IMG/VR virus record: IMGVR_UViG_3300010160_000038
Reading direction: 5' to 3' (one strand)
Source of the DNA: an uncultured virus (IMG/VR IMGVR_UViG_3300010160_000038)
Taxonomy: Duplodnaviria > Heunggongvirae > Uroviricota > Caudoviricetes
DNA: 20,000 bases
Shown here one piece after another: positions 9,777-17,218 of the stretch. Numbering within the stretch: position 1 is the first letter of the stretch; every line of letters begins with the position of its first letter. Both the position numbers and the translations under genes were made by a program. Under the pieces are notes generated by a model. The model was given only the letters and a program-made list of their open reading frames with translations. It was not told the DNA's origin and made no database searches.

Positions 9777-9813
9777 TCATTTGCCCCCTCAAAATAATTT
9801 GAGGGGGCTAAAA
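9774..9813 (-). other. 40-nt coding gap with stop codon and hairpin inside polymerase motif B (candidate translational bypass element)
   Basis: Minus strand: GCT CTT [TTT TAG CCCCCTCAAA TTAT TTTGAGGGGGC AAA TGA CTA] AAA TTA GTA TTA AAC. The 11-bp perfect stem spans 9783-9808. Removing 40 nt yields QLALKLVLNGEYG. Confidence 0.75.
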
Positions 9814-9915
9814 AAGAGCGAGTTGAAGGGCGTTGTTGTAATCAACTTCTTTCTTCAACTCACTCGCTTTGATTTTTAATGACTCTAGTTTTTTTATTTT
9901 TTCTTCCCTAGTCAT
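9808..9915 (-). CDS. polB: N-terminal segment (35 aa) of the polymerase C-terminal subunit, missed by the ORF track
   Basis: MTREEKIKKLESLKIKASELKKEVDYNNALQLALF*. Fingers-helix-like and ends in the QxAx half of motif B; preceded by an AAAC-N17-TATAA promoter. Confidence 0.85.
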   Translation of the reverse strand: MTREEKIKKLESLKIKASELKKEVDYNNALQLALF

Positions 9916-9934
9916 ATTTGTTATTTAATAAATT

Positions 9935-9960
9935 TTATACTATTAATTTTAATAAAGTTT
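9935..9960 (-). promoter_or_regulatory. Putative 'middle' promoter AAAC-N17-TATAA for the polymerase
   Basis: Minus strand AAACTTTATTAAAATTAATAGTATAA, 19 nt upstream of the ATG at 9915. Confidence 0.55.
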
Positions 9961-10271
9961 TATTGAAAAGTATCTAAAATAATTATATCTGATAAACTAT
10001 CTATTAAAACCTCTTTAGATTTATTTTTTTTAAATGATTTATTTTTTATATTAACTTTTACTATGGGTTTTATGTATATAGTATCCTTTTTAAGATTTAA
10101 AGATTTTATAATTGAGTCCTTTTCAATTATTTCAAATTCAAGTGCATTATTATCAAATTCTAAATAGGCAATATCATTGTATTGATTTTTACATATATAT
10201 AATAATATTAAACAAGTCAATATTAAAACTGCATTTATTTTAGTATTTGTATATCTAAGATCGGATTTCAT
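9960..10271 (-). CDS. Hypothetical membrane-anchored protein
   Basis: N-terminal hydrophobic segment INAVLILTCLILLYIC, then a coiled-coil-like stretch; AAAC-N18-TATAA upstream (10279-10305). Confidence 0.65.
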   Translation of the reverse strand: MKSDLRYTNTKINAVLILTCLILLYICKNQYNDIAYLEFDNNALEFEIIEKDSIIKSLNLKKDTIYIKPIVKVNIKNKSFKKNKSKEVLIDSLSDIIILDTFQ

Positions 10272-10317
10272 GTTTTAATTATAAAAATTATAATCTCAAA
10301 AGTTTATATATAGTATT

Positions 10318-11088
10318 ATGAAAAATATTAAATATTATAATAATTTTATCATTAATGAAAAATTAATGAATATAAATGATGATGTTGATTTTATCTATGA
10401 TAAATTTTTCAAAGAAGAATGTGAATCTATTAGAAAAAATGGTTTTATAATGGAAGGTTTCTTCAAAAGTAATGTTATTGATACATCAGAGTTAAAGTGT
10501 GAATTATCAAAAAAGGCACATTTAGTAAATCCTTGTAAGATAAAAATAAATGAATTAAAAAGTAATAATAATTATTATAACCCTAATGAAAAAATTATAG
10601 GAATTGGTATTAATTTTGATGCTGTTAATTATGTAATTAGAAGTGGAAATTTATTAAAAGCTCAAAAAAATTTAATGGAAGAGGGTTATATTAAAAACTC
10701 TAGTGGTATTGTTAAAGAATTTAGTGAAAGTAAAATTAAAGGATCAATAAATCATGAATTAGTTCATTGGATGGATGATTCATTAAATAATGGCCATGTT
10801 AAAAAAACAATTGACTTTTCTAATAAATATGGAACTATTATAGATAGAAAAGGTAGAACTAGGTATATACAACCAATGGAAATCCAATCAATAATACACA
10901 ATATTTTACAACTGAAAAGAGAGTATATTAAAGATTGGGATTATTTTACATTTGAGGAAATGTTGAGTTTAACACCATCAATATCAAGTATCCATGATAG
11001 GTTGAATTATATGGAAAAGAAAGAATTTAAAAAACTTTTAATAAAAAGGATGATTCGGGAAGATTTATTAGGAAAGAGAATGGTTTAA
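10318..11088 (+). CDS. Putative zincin (HEXXH) metallopeptidase-like protein with N-terminal targeting-like peptide
   Basis: INHELVHWMDD with downstream QPMEIQS (possible third ligand). Starts MKNIKYYNNFIINEK. Confidence 0.55.
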   Translation: MKNIKYYNNFIINEKLMNINDDVDFIYDKFFKEECESIRKNGFIMEGFFKSNVIDTSELKCELSKKAHLVNPCKIKINELKSNNNYYNPNEKIIGIGINFDAVNYVIRSGNLLKAQKNLMEEGYIKNSSGIVKEFSESKIKGSINHELVHWMDDSLNNGHVKKTIDFSNKYGTIIDRKGRTRYIQPMEIQSIIHNILQLKREYIKDWDYFTFEEMLSLTPSISSIHDRLNYMEKKEFKKLLIKRMIREDLLGKRMV

Positions 11089-11864
11089 ACCTCATCTTCA
11101 GTTACAAAATCTTGCTCCATTGATAACATCAAATTTGAGTCTTCATGTTTTAACAACATAAAATTATCAAAAATATAAAAAGTTATATCATTATCTTCTT
11201 TTATTGTTGATAGGAACATTTTATTTAGAATTAAATTAGATGTATTTTTACTTTCAATTTTATCGACATTTAATTCCCAAGATTTACTTTCAGAGAAGAT
11301 AACATCACCACCATCTGTTGATATATTTAAAATTCTTTCACCATTAATTTTAGATAACTTTTTAATATCATCAAAATCTTTTTTATCAATTGTAAATTCC
11401 CAGTTAGCATATTCTGGTTGTAATCTATTGATTATTGATTTTTCAATATCTTTAATTTCACCCTCTTCACCCATCACCCAGTTTATTTTTAATTTATCAC
11501 CAGTCAATGTTATATTTCTAGCATTTAAAATATTTTCATCATCAGATGATTCTTTTGCATTTATAAGAATAGAAAGTTTCTCATTTGAAAGTAAAAATTT
11601 CAAATTTTTAACAAATTTATCAGCATCTAAAATAACTAAATTAATAGTGTGTTCTAATTCATTTTTTAATTTGAAAAGATCATTAGTATTTATTAAATAA
11701 TTTTTGAACGCTAACATTGTAGTTTTACCTAGAATAGAATAAACCATTATATGTTCATTATCAATTTTCATCTTGATAATCTTTGCAATTTTAGTTAAAT
11801 CTTCTAATTTATTTAGAAATTCAATAAAATCATCTTTAATAATATCTAATTTAATTTTATGCAT
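11085..11864 (-). CDS. Probable DNA sliding clamp (gp45/PCNA-like)
   Basis: 259 aa with a two-domain alpha/beta pattern. FTIDKKDFDDIKKLSKINGERILNISTDGGDVIFS resembles gp45 domain 2. Lies close to the polymerase and shares its promoter class. Confidence 0.6.
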   Translation of the reverse strand: MHKIKLDIIKDDFIEFLNKLEDLTKIAKIIKMKIDNEHIMVYSILGKTTMLAFKNYLINTNDLFKLKNELEHTINLVILDADKFVKNLKFLLSNEKLSILINAKESSDDENILNARNITLTGDKLKINWVMGEEGEIKDIEKSIINRLQPEYANWEFTIDKKDFDDIKKLSKINGERILNISTDGGDVIFSESKSWELNVDKIESKNTSNLILNKMFLSTIKEDNDITFYIFDNFMLLKHEDSNLMLSMEQDFVTEDEV

Positions 11865-11923
11865 TTTTATTTATTTTATATGTATATTTTATAACAGAGC
11901 ATTTGTTTAAAAATATATAAATT

Positions 11924-12424
11924 ATGATTAATATAGTTACTAATAATAATATCATAAATTATTTTAAAAGATCACAATATTTTAAAGTTAATTTAGGATT
12001 AGCTATAACTCTTGATAAGAGTGGTAGAAGAGATTTGAATAAAGCTGATTTATTTTCATATTCTTATAATGCTGTTTATAACACAGTTATATTTGCAAAG
12101 GGGAACATAGGTGATATTAGGTTTTATGTAGATGGTCAGATTATAGATGATGTTATGGCTTTTTATATTGGTGAAACATTTGAAGAGTTTATATATGATT
12201 TTGATAAAAATATGTCAAAAGAAAAAACAGTTGAAAATTATTTAGGGTATTTAATAAAAGAAACTGAAATTAAATATGAAAAATTGATAGAAGATAATAA
12301 AATAAAACAAGCAGAACCTGTTAAAGAAGGAAATGCTGATAAAGTTATCTCAAATCCTGGAAATGTTTCTTGGGAAGATGTTAAGGCTTATATGGAGAAA
12401 AAAAATCAATCTCGTAGAATTTGA
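11924..12424 (+). CDS. Hypothetical protein
   Basis: 166-aa ORF; AATATATA at 11912-11919. Confidence 0.7.
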   Translation: MINIVTNNNIINYFKRSQYFKVNLGLAITLDKSGRRDLNKADLFSYSYNAVYNTVIFAKGNIGDIRFYVDGQIIDDVMAFYIGETFEEFIYDFDKNMSKEKTVENYLGYLIKETEIKYEKLIEDNKIKQAEPVKEGNADKVISNPGNVSWEDVKAYMEKKNQSRRI

Positions 12425-12467
12425 TATTTATATTTAATATATAGATTATAAAATAATAAATTAAATT

Positions 12468-13031
12468 ATGAAGTATTTAAAAATGTTTAAAGAAGAATTT
12501 ATAGAAAATTCTGAAAGTTTAATTGATGCTAAAATGCAAGAGATTAAAGATCTTGTAAGTAATGTTTCTGGTGAAAATATTATTTATGAATGGGAAAATA
12601 AAAATGACCACCAATTATCAGTAAAATTTATCTATAATGATATATCAATTAATTATGAATTTGATATAGATGATTTATATATCACTAAAATAGCTGGTGA
12701 TGTAGTTGATTTTGAGGAAAAAGTTGATTCAATTGATGAGGGATTAATGTTAATTGAAAAGGACATTCAAGAAATTTTGGGTATAAATGAAAATTTAAAA
12801 ACTAAAAGATATATTAAAATGTTTGAAGAATTTGAAGCATTTGATGAACACCCTGAAGATAATTTTGATTTAGAAAAACCTAAAGTTTCTAAAGCTGAAA
12901 TGATTGAAGCATTAATAGTTATTTCTAAATTCTCTAAGAGTGATTTAGAGGCTATGAGTGATTCTGAAGTGGTGGATTTATATGATGCTATGAAGATTGA
13001 TGTTGAAAATTTAAATGATAATGTTGAATAA
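12468..13031 (+). CDS. Acidic hypothetical protein with two copies of the targeting-like peptide
   Basis: N-terminal MKYLKMFKEEFIEN and internal INENLKTKRYIKMFEEFE. Confidence 0.75.
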   Translation: MKYLKMFKEEFIENSESLIDAKMQEIKDLVSNVSGENIIYEWENKNDHQLSVKFIYNDISINYEFDIDDLYITKIAGDVVDFEEKVDSIDEGLMLIEKDIQEILGINENLKTKRYIKMFEEFEAFDEHPEDNFDLEKPKVSKAEMIEALIVISKFSKSDLEAMSDSEVVDLYDAMKIDVENLNDNVE

Positions 13032-13046
13032 TTCTAATATTTTTTT

Positions 13047-13054
13047 TATATTTG
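13047..13054 (+). promoter_or_regulatory. Bacteroidota-type -7 promoter element TATATTTG
   Basis: Matches TAnnTTTG, 20 nt upstream of the ATG at 13075. Confidence 0.55.
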
Positions 13055-13074
13055 TTAAAAATAATAAATAATAT

Positions 13075-13317
13075 ATGGAAGTACCAGTTGAATTGAAGAA
13101 TGTTTTTATGGTTGATATGGATATGTTTATAAACTATAAAAAACTAATCAATGAAAATGAGAAAAAGGTTAAAAATTTAGAATTGCACATTGAAGAAGGT
13201 GTTAAACTTTTTGGATTAAAACACACACTTGAACAAATCTATGAATTAGAAAATTTAAACTTTAGTTTAATAGAGATGAGGAAAGAATTGGAATTGATTT
13301 ATACAGTTTTAAATTAA
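13075..13317 (+). CDS. Small coiled-coil hypothetical protein
   Basis: 80-aa ORF with its own promoter and a downstream hairpin. Confidence 0.65.
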   Translation: MEVPVELKNVFMVDMDMFINYKKLINENEKKVKNLELHIEEGVKLFGLKHTLEQIYELENLNFSLIEMRKELELIYTVLN

Positions 13318-13346
13318 AAACCCCACCTTGGATAGTATCCCTGGTC

Positions 13347-13376
13347 AGACGCTCCCCTTGTGGGAGCGTTTCTTTT
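13347..13376 (+). terminator. Intrinsic terminator preceded by an extra GC-rich hairpin
   Basis: ACGCTCCC-CTTGT-GGGAGCGT followed by TTCTTTT, between convergent genes. Confidence 0.65.
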
Positions 13377-13698
13377 ATGAGTTTTTTTGTATAGTTTCTT
13401 CGATTATTCTTTGAATCTTTTTAAGATTTGTTAAAGAAGTTTTAACATCTACTTGGATTCTCCAGTTTTTAACTTCATCATCACTAGATGTTATCTCATC
13501 AACAATCATATTAAGTGGTTTATATTCTTCAAAATATAATGGTTTAGATTTCAATTCATCTAAAGTATATTTTCTTTTTAAATTTGGGAATGTATATTCA
13601 CCATCTTCATTGGGTTCAATTATTGTTCCACATTTAAATATTAATGTTTCTTCAAAACCAGTGTTAATTGTTAAATCTTTTAATAGTTTAAATTTCAT
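13375..13698 (-). CDS. Hypothetical protein
   Basis: 107-aa ORF; AAAC-N16-TATAA upstream (13706-13730). Confidence 0.7.
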   Translation of the reverse strand: MKFKLLKDLTINTGFEETLIFKCGTIIEPNEDGEYTFPNLKRKYTLDELKSKPLYFEEYKPLNMIVDEITSSDDEVKNWRIQVDVKTSLTNLKKIQRIIEETIQKNS

Positions 13699-13778
13699 TT
13701 TAATTTTATATGAAATTATTCTGTTAGTTTTAAAAAACTTTTATTATATTTTTTAATATTAATTAAAAAAATTATTAT

Positions 13779-14837
13779 ATGAAAATAAATGAAGGATTCC
13801 TTGAGGAATATTTAAATTCAAATGCACCAACTGGTTTTGAATATGAATTAGGTGGGCAAAAGGTATGGATTGATTATATTTCCAAATTTGTAGATAAAGT
13901 AGAAATTGATAATTATGGGACTGCTTATGGTGTAATGGGTAATTTAGATTCGGATTTCAAAGTCATGATTGAAAGTCATTCAGATGAGATCGGATGGTAT
14001 GTAAATTATATTGATTCGAAAGGTTATATAAAGGTTATTAGAAATGGTGGTTCTGATGTACAAATTGCACCTTCAATGAGATGTGTTTTATGGGGTGATA
14101 ACGGCGCTATTGATGGAATTTTTGGCCACCCTGCTATCCATATTTCTTATAGAAAAAAAGATGTAGATTTAGATTCTATTTTTGTTGATGTTGGTGCTAA
14201 ATCTAAGCAAGAAGTTTTGGATATGGGTATTAATATTGGAACTGTTATTACATTTAAAGATGGTTTTATGAAAATGGGTAATGATTATGTTGGTAGAGCT
14301 TTGGATAATAGAATTGGTGGCTTTATGATAGCAGAAGTTGCTAGAAGATTAAAAGAAAAGGGTAAAGAACTTCCATTTAAATTATATATTGTTAATTCTG
14401 TTCAAGAAGAGGTTGGTTTATATGGTGCACAAATGATTGCTGATACTATAAAGCCAAATATTGCAATTGTAACTGATGTTTGTCATGAAACTTCAGCACC
14501 TTGTTATAATCCTTCTAAAGAAGGAGAAGTTATTGGGGGACAAGGTGGTGTTATCACTAGAGCACCATCTGTTCATAATAATTTAAGAAAATTAGTTTTA
14601 GATGTTGCCGCTAAAAAGAAAATTCCATTCCAATTATCTGCATCATCAAGAGCAACTGGGACTGATACAGATGCAATTGCTTTCTCAAATGGTGGTGTTC
14701 CATCAGTTCTTATCTCATTGGGTCTTAAATATATGCATACAACGACTGAATCAGTAGATAAAGATGATGTTAAAAATGTTATTAAATTAATTTACCACAC
14801 ATTATTAAATATTGAAGAAAATCACAACTTTAAATAG
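13779..14837 (+). CDS. M42 family (TET-like) metallo-aminopeptidase
   Basis: Complete metal-ligand set: SHSDEIG, ALDNRIG, VQEEVG, TDVCH, GTDTDA, YMHT. Confidence 0.93.
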   Translation: MKINEGFLEEYLNSNAPTGFEYELGGQKVWIDYISKFVDKVEIDNYGTAYGVMGNLDSDFKVMIESHSDEIGWYVNYIDSKGYIKVIRNGGSDVQIAPSMRCVLWGDNGAIDGIFGHPAIHISYRKKDVDLDSIFVDVGAKSKQEVLDMGINIGTVITFKDGFMKMGNDYVGRALDNRIGGFMIAEVARRLKEKGKELPFKLYIVNSVQEEVGLYGAQMIADTIKPNIAIVTDVCHETSAPCYNPSKEGEVIGGQGGVITRAPSVHNNLRKLVLDVAAKKKIPFQLSASSRATGTDTDAIAFSNGGVPSVLISLGLKYMHTTTESVDKDDVKNVIKLIYHTLLNIEENHNFK

Positions 14838-14847
14838 AATAGATAAT

Positions 14848-14878
14848 AAAAAAAAAGCCACTTTAAGAGTGGCTTTTT
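14848..14878. terminator. Bidirectional intrinsic terminator
   Basis: AAAAAGCCACT-TTAAG-AGTGGCTTTTT at a convergent gene junction. Confidence 0.8.
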
Positions 14879-15195
14879 AATTCTTTTATTATTTTTTGTA
14901 AATATCTTTTATTATATTCTCTAGTTTCTGGTGTATTTCCTGATCTTATACCACTCCAACCACCACCTTTATTACTTTTATTAGGCGAATATTTTTCTTT
15001 TTGGTGTTTTACTATAGAATACTTATTATAATTATACTCCGAACCTATTAAATCGAATACTTTTATATTTTCTACTATATAACCATTTGGATCTTCATAA
15101 TACCAATAACCTCTATTAATTTTATAGCATGTTTTTTTCATTCTTTTTAAAGAAAGCTTGAGGTAGGTTATTCTTCTCCATTGTCGATCTCTCAT
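14863..15195 (-). CDS. Basic hypothetical protein, probably near-leaderless
   Basis: ATG at 15195 (MRDRQWRR) preferred over TTG at 15201, because that TTG is part of the TATATTTG promoter element at 15199-15206. Confidence 0.65.
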   Translation of the reverse strand: MRDRQWRRITYLKLSLKRMKKTCYKINRGYWYYEDPNGYIVENIKVFDLIGSEYNYNKYSIVKHQKEKYSPNKSNKGGGWSGIRSGNTPETREYNKRYLQKIIKELKSHS

Positions 15196-15224
15196 ATGCA
15201 AATATAATAAAAATGATGATAAAA

Positions 15225-15437
15225 TTAATTATCATCATTAGACATTTTTATAACTTGTTTGATTATTGAATATGTTGTTGCAAATATTGCAAATAATGTT
15301 ACAATTTTTTTATATGAGTATATATCACTTGGATAAGTTTCATCTAACCAGTTTCCAAACAAACTTGCTAAATAAATTGATAATCCCATTTGAATACCAA
15401 GTGATGTAAATTTAAGAAAAGTTTTTGAATTTTTCAT
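15225..15437 (-). CDS. AtpZ/AtpI-family (ATPase gene 1-like) small membrane protein
   Basis: FTSLGIQMGLSIYLASLFGNWLDETYP...TLFAIFATTYSIIKQV: two TM helices with the G-x-W-L-D signature. Confidence 0.75.
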   Translation of the reverse strand: MKNSKTFLKFTSLGIQMGLSIYLASLFGNWLDETYPSDIYSYKKIVTLFAIFATTYSIIKQVIKMSNDDN

Positions 15438-16696
15438 ATTTTTGAATTTTTATTAATAGAATCAAATTCTGATTCCCATATTTTTATCAAATTATATCCC
15501 ATATTTTTTAATTTTTCTTCTCTCTTTATTGTTCTTTCATACATTTCACCAAATGTTTTTTTAGTAACTAAATTTATATCATCTTTATTATAAAGATTTG
15601 GATTTCCATGCCAAAAATCTCCATTAAATTCATATATAGTTTTTGTATTTGGATCATACCCATCTACTTTATAATTACCTATTTTGTATTGTCTATATTC
15701 ATTAGGTATATTATGAAGATTCAACCATTTATTTTCCTTTATACCAAATTTTGAATTACATTCTGGACAACCTGTTCCATTTAAATGATTACTAGCATTT
15801 TGTTTAAATTCATGATTATTATCACATATTAATATTATTTTATCTGATATTTTATTAAATTCAACTTTATGGTATTTAAATTTATCACCATGAATTGATT
15901 TGGATTTTTTTATAAATGTTTTTAAATTGTGTTGCCAAGGATTGCAACAAGGGCAATTTTTTAATAAAAGATGTTTTGAACAATCTCTAATAAATATATC
16001 ATTACATAGCAAACATTTTATTTCAACATTTTTACCACTAAAAGATAAATATTCAAATTTTTTTAATATTTTAAATTTCTCTATCCAATTTTCTTCATAT
16101 TTATTTTTTTTACAAATTTTACATAATGTTTTACCGGTTAAATGTCTATTAGGTGTTATTTCAAATTCGTGATTTTTTGAACATTTTATTAGTGGTTTTG
16201 TTTTTGAATTTATATAATTAAAATTTTCATATGTAAATTCATTTTTATATATAATGTTTGCTTTTTCAATAAATATATTTAAATCACTGTTCCTTTCATA
16301 GAAACATTTTCTACAACCTTTTCCATTTAAATGTTCACACACTTTTTGTTTAAATATACCATGTTTATCACATTTTATGTTAATTTTAGAATGTGTGTTA
16401 TCAAATGATAGGTCTGGATAAGTATATTTATTCTTATGTATTTTCTCAACTCTTTTTAAAAATAGATCATTTGATAACTTTCTCTCAATATTTTTTTTAA
16501 TATTACCACAAATAGGACAACCTGATCCCTTTAGATGTATATTAGGACTTTGTAAAAATACAAAGTCATGTATTTTACACTTTATGGCTATATGAATTTT
16601 ACTACCTTCATATTTAGCTAAAGAATAATCATATTTATCACCATGTATTAATATAGAATTTTTAATAAAATCATCTATTGTAGATTTTTTTGGCAT
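15434..16696 (-). CDS. Free-standing endonuclease: five Cys/His Zn-binding repeats plus a C-terminal Vsr-like nuclease domain (putative homing endonuclease)
   Basis: Repeats of F-I-x-K...HGDKY...I-x-C-x-x-H...F-x-Q...HL-x-G-x-GCP-x-C. C-terminal YKVDGYD...YEFNGDFWHG...IWESEF. Confidence 0.78.
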   Translation of the reverse strand: MPKKSTIDDFIKNSILIHGDKYDYSLAKYEGSKIHIAIKCKIHDFVFLQSPNIHLKGSGCPICGNIKKNIERKLSNDLFLKRVEKIHKNKYTYPDLSFDNTHSKINIKCDKHGIFKQKVCEHLNGKGCRKCFYERNSDLNIFIEKANIIYKNEFTYENFNYINSKTKPLIKCSKNHEFEITPNRHLTGKTLCKICKKNKYEENWIEKFKILKKFEYLSFSGKNVEIKCLLCNDIFIRDCSKHLLLKNCPCCNPWQHNLKTFIKKSKSIHGDKFKYHKVEFNKISDKIILICDNNHEFKQNASNHLNGTGCPECNSKFGIKENKWLNLHNIPNEYRQYKIGNYKVDGYDPNTKTIYEFNGDFWHGNPNLYNKDDINLVTKKTFGEMYERTIKREEKLKNMGYNLIKIWESEFDSINKNSKI

Positions 16697-16710
16697 AATA
16701 AAAATTATTT

Positions 16711-17214
16711 TTAACTTCTAGCATTATTTAAATAATTATGCAATTCTGTGATGTTCTTTATACTATACCCAACTGATTCGAGATTTTTAACACTATCTCT
16801 CATAAATTGTATATAAGCTTCTATAATTTGAAGTGTTCTATCATTTTCTGCTATATTGCCATCCATTAGAACAGCTTTTTCTGACATATTAGTTTTTATA
16901 CTAAAACCAATTGCATAAAAAATAAATTTATCTTGTTTTAATTTTTTAACTTTAGTTTCTTCTTTGGAACGTCTATTTAAGAAAAGATTTATTTGTTCTG
17001 TTAATAATTGTCTGTAAGAGAGTGCTAAAGCTTGTGTTTCTAAAACTTTTTGAAAATTTCTAGGTTTTGTAAAGTCTAGTTTTAGAGTTGTAAATAAAGG
17101 AGTTATTAGGTTTGTCCATTCTTCTCTTTTACCGTTAAAGAATTCTTCTAATTTTTCATTTATTTCTTTTGTTTTATTGATTCTATCAATTTCTGCTTGA
17201 TCATATATATTCAT
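16711..17214 (-). CDS. UvsY-like recombination mediator protein
   Basis: Helical 167-aa protein. The C-terminus LQIIEAYIQFMRDSVKNLESVGYSIKNITELHNYL parallels the T4 UvsY C-terminus (G-F/Y-x-I-K-x-I). Confidence 0.6.
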   Translation of the reverse strand: MNIYDQAEIDRINKTKEINEKLEEFFNGKREEWTNLITPLFTTLKLDFTKPRNFQKVLETQALALSYRQLLTEQINLFLNRRSKEETKVKKLKQDKFIFYAIGFSIKTNMSEKAVLMDGNIAENDRTLQIIEAYIQFMRDSVKNLESVGYSIKNITELHNYLNNARS

Positions 17215-17218
17215 AGTA

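Noticed and set aside
9783..9808. Hairpin as an ordinary intrinsic terminator
   Set aside because: It is followed by AAATGA on the minus strand and TAAAAAAG on the plus strand, so there is no 3' U-tract either way. It also sits inside a catalytic motif rather than between genes.
9777..9810. Stop-codon reassignment or a simple +/-1 frameshift explaining the polymerase break
   Set aside because: TAG readthrough stays in the wrong frame. The downstream frame has two TGA codons within the gap (9789-9791, 9777-9779). Any read-through would insert about 13 residues into the motif B helix. TAG and TGA end normal genes elsewhere in the window.
9774..9817. Group I or group II self-splicing intron
   Set aside because: 40 nt is far too short for a ribozyme core; protein-assisted splicing cannot be excluded.
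11428..11700. Plus-strand 90-aa ORF
   Set aside because: Antisense shadow of the clamp-like gene.
15900..16172. Plus-strand 90-aa ORF
   Set aside because: Antisense shadow of the endonuclease gene.
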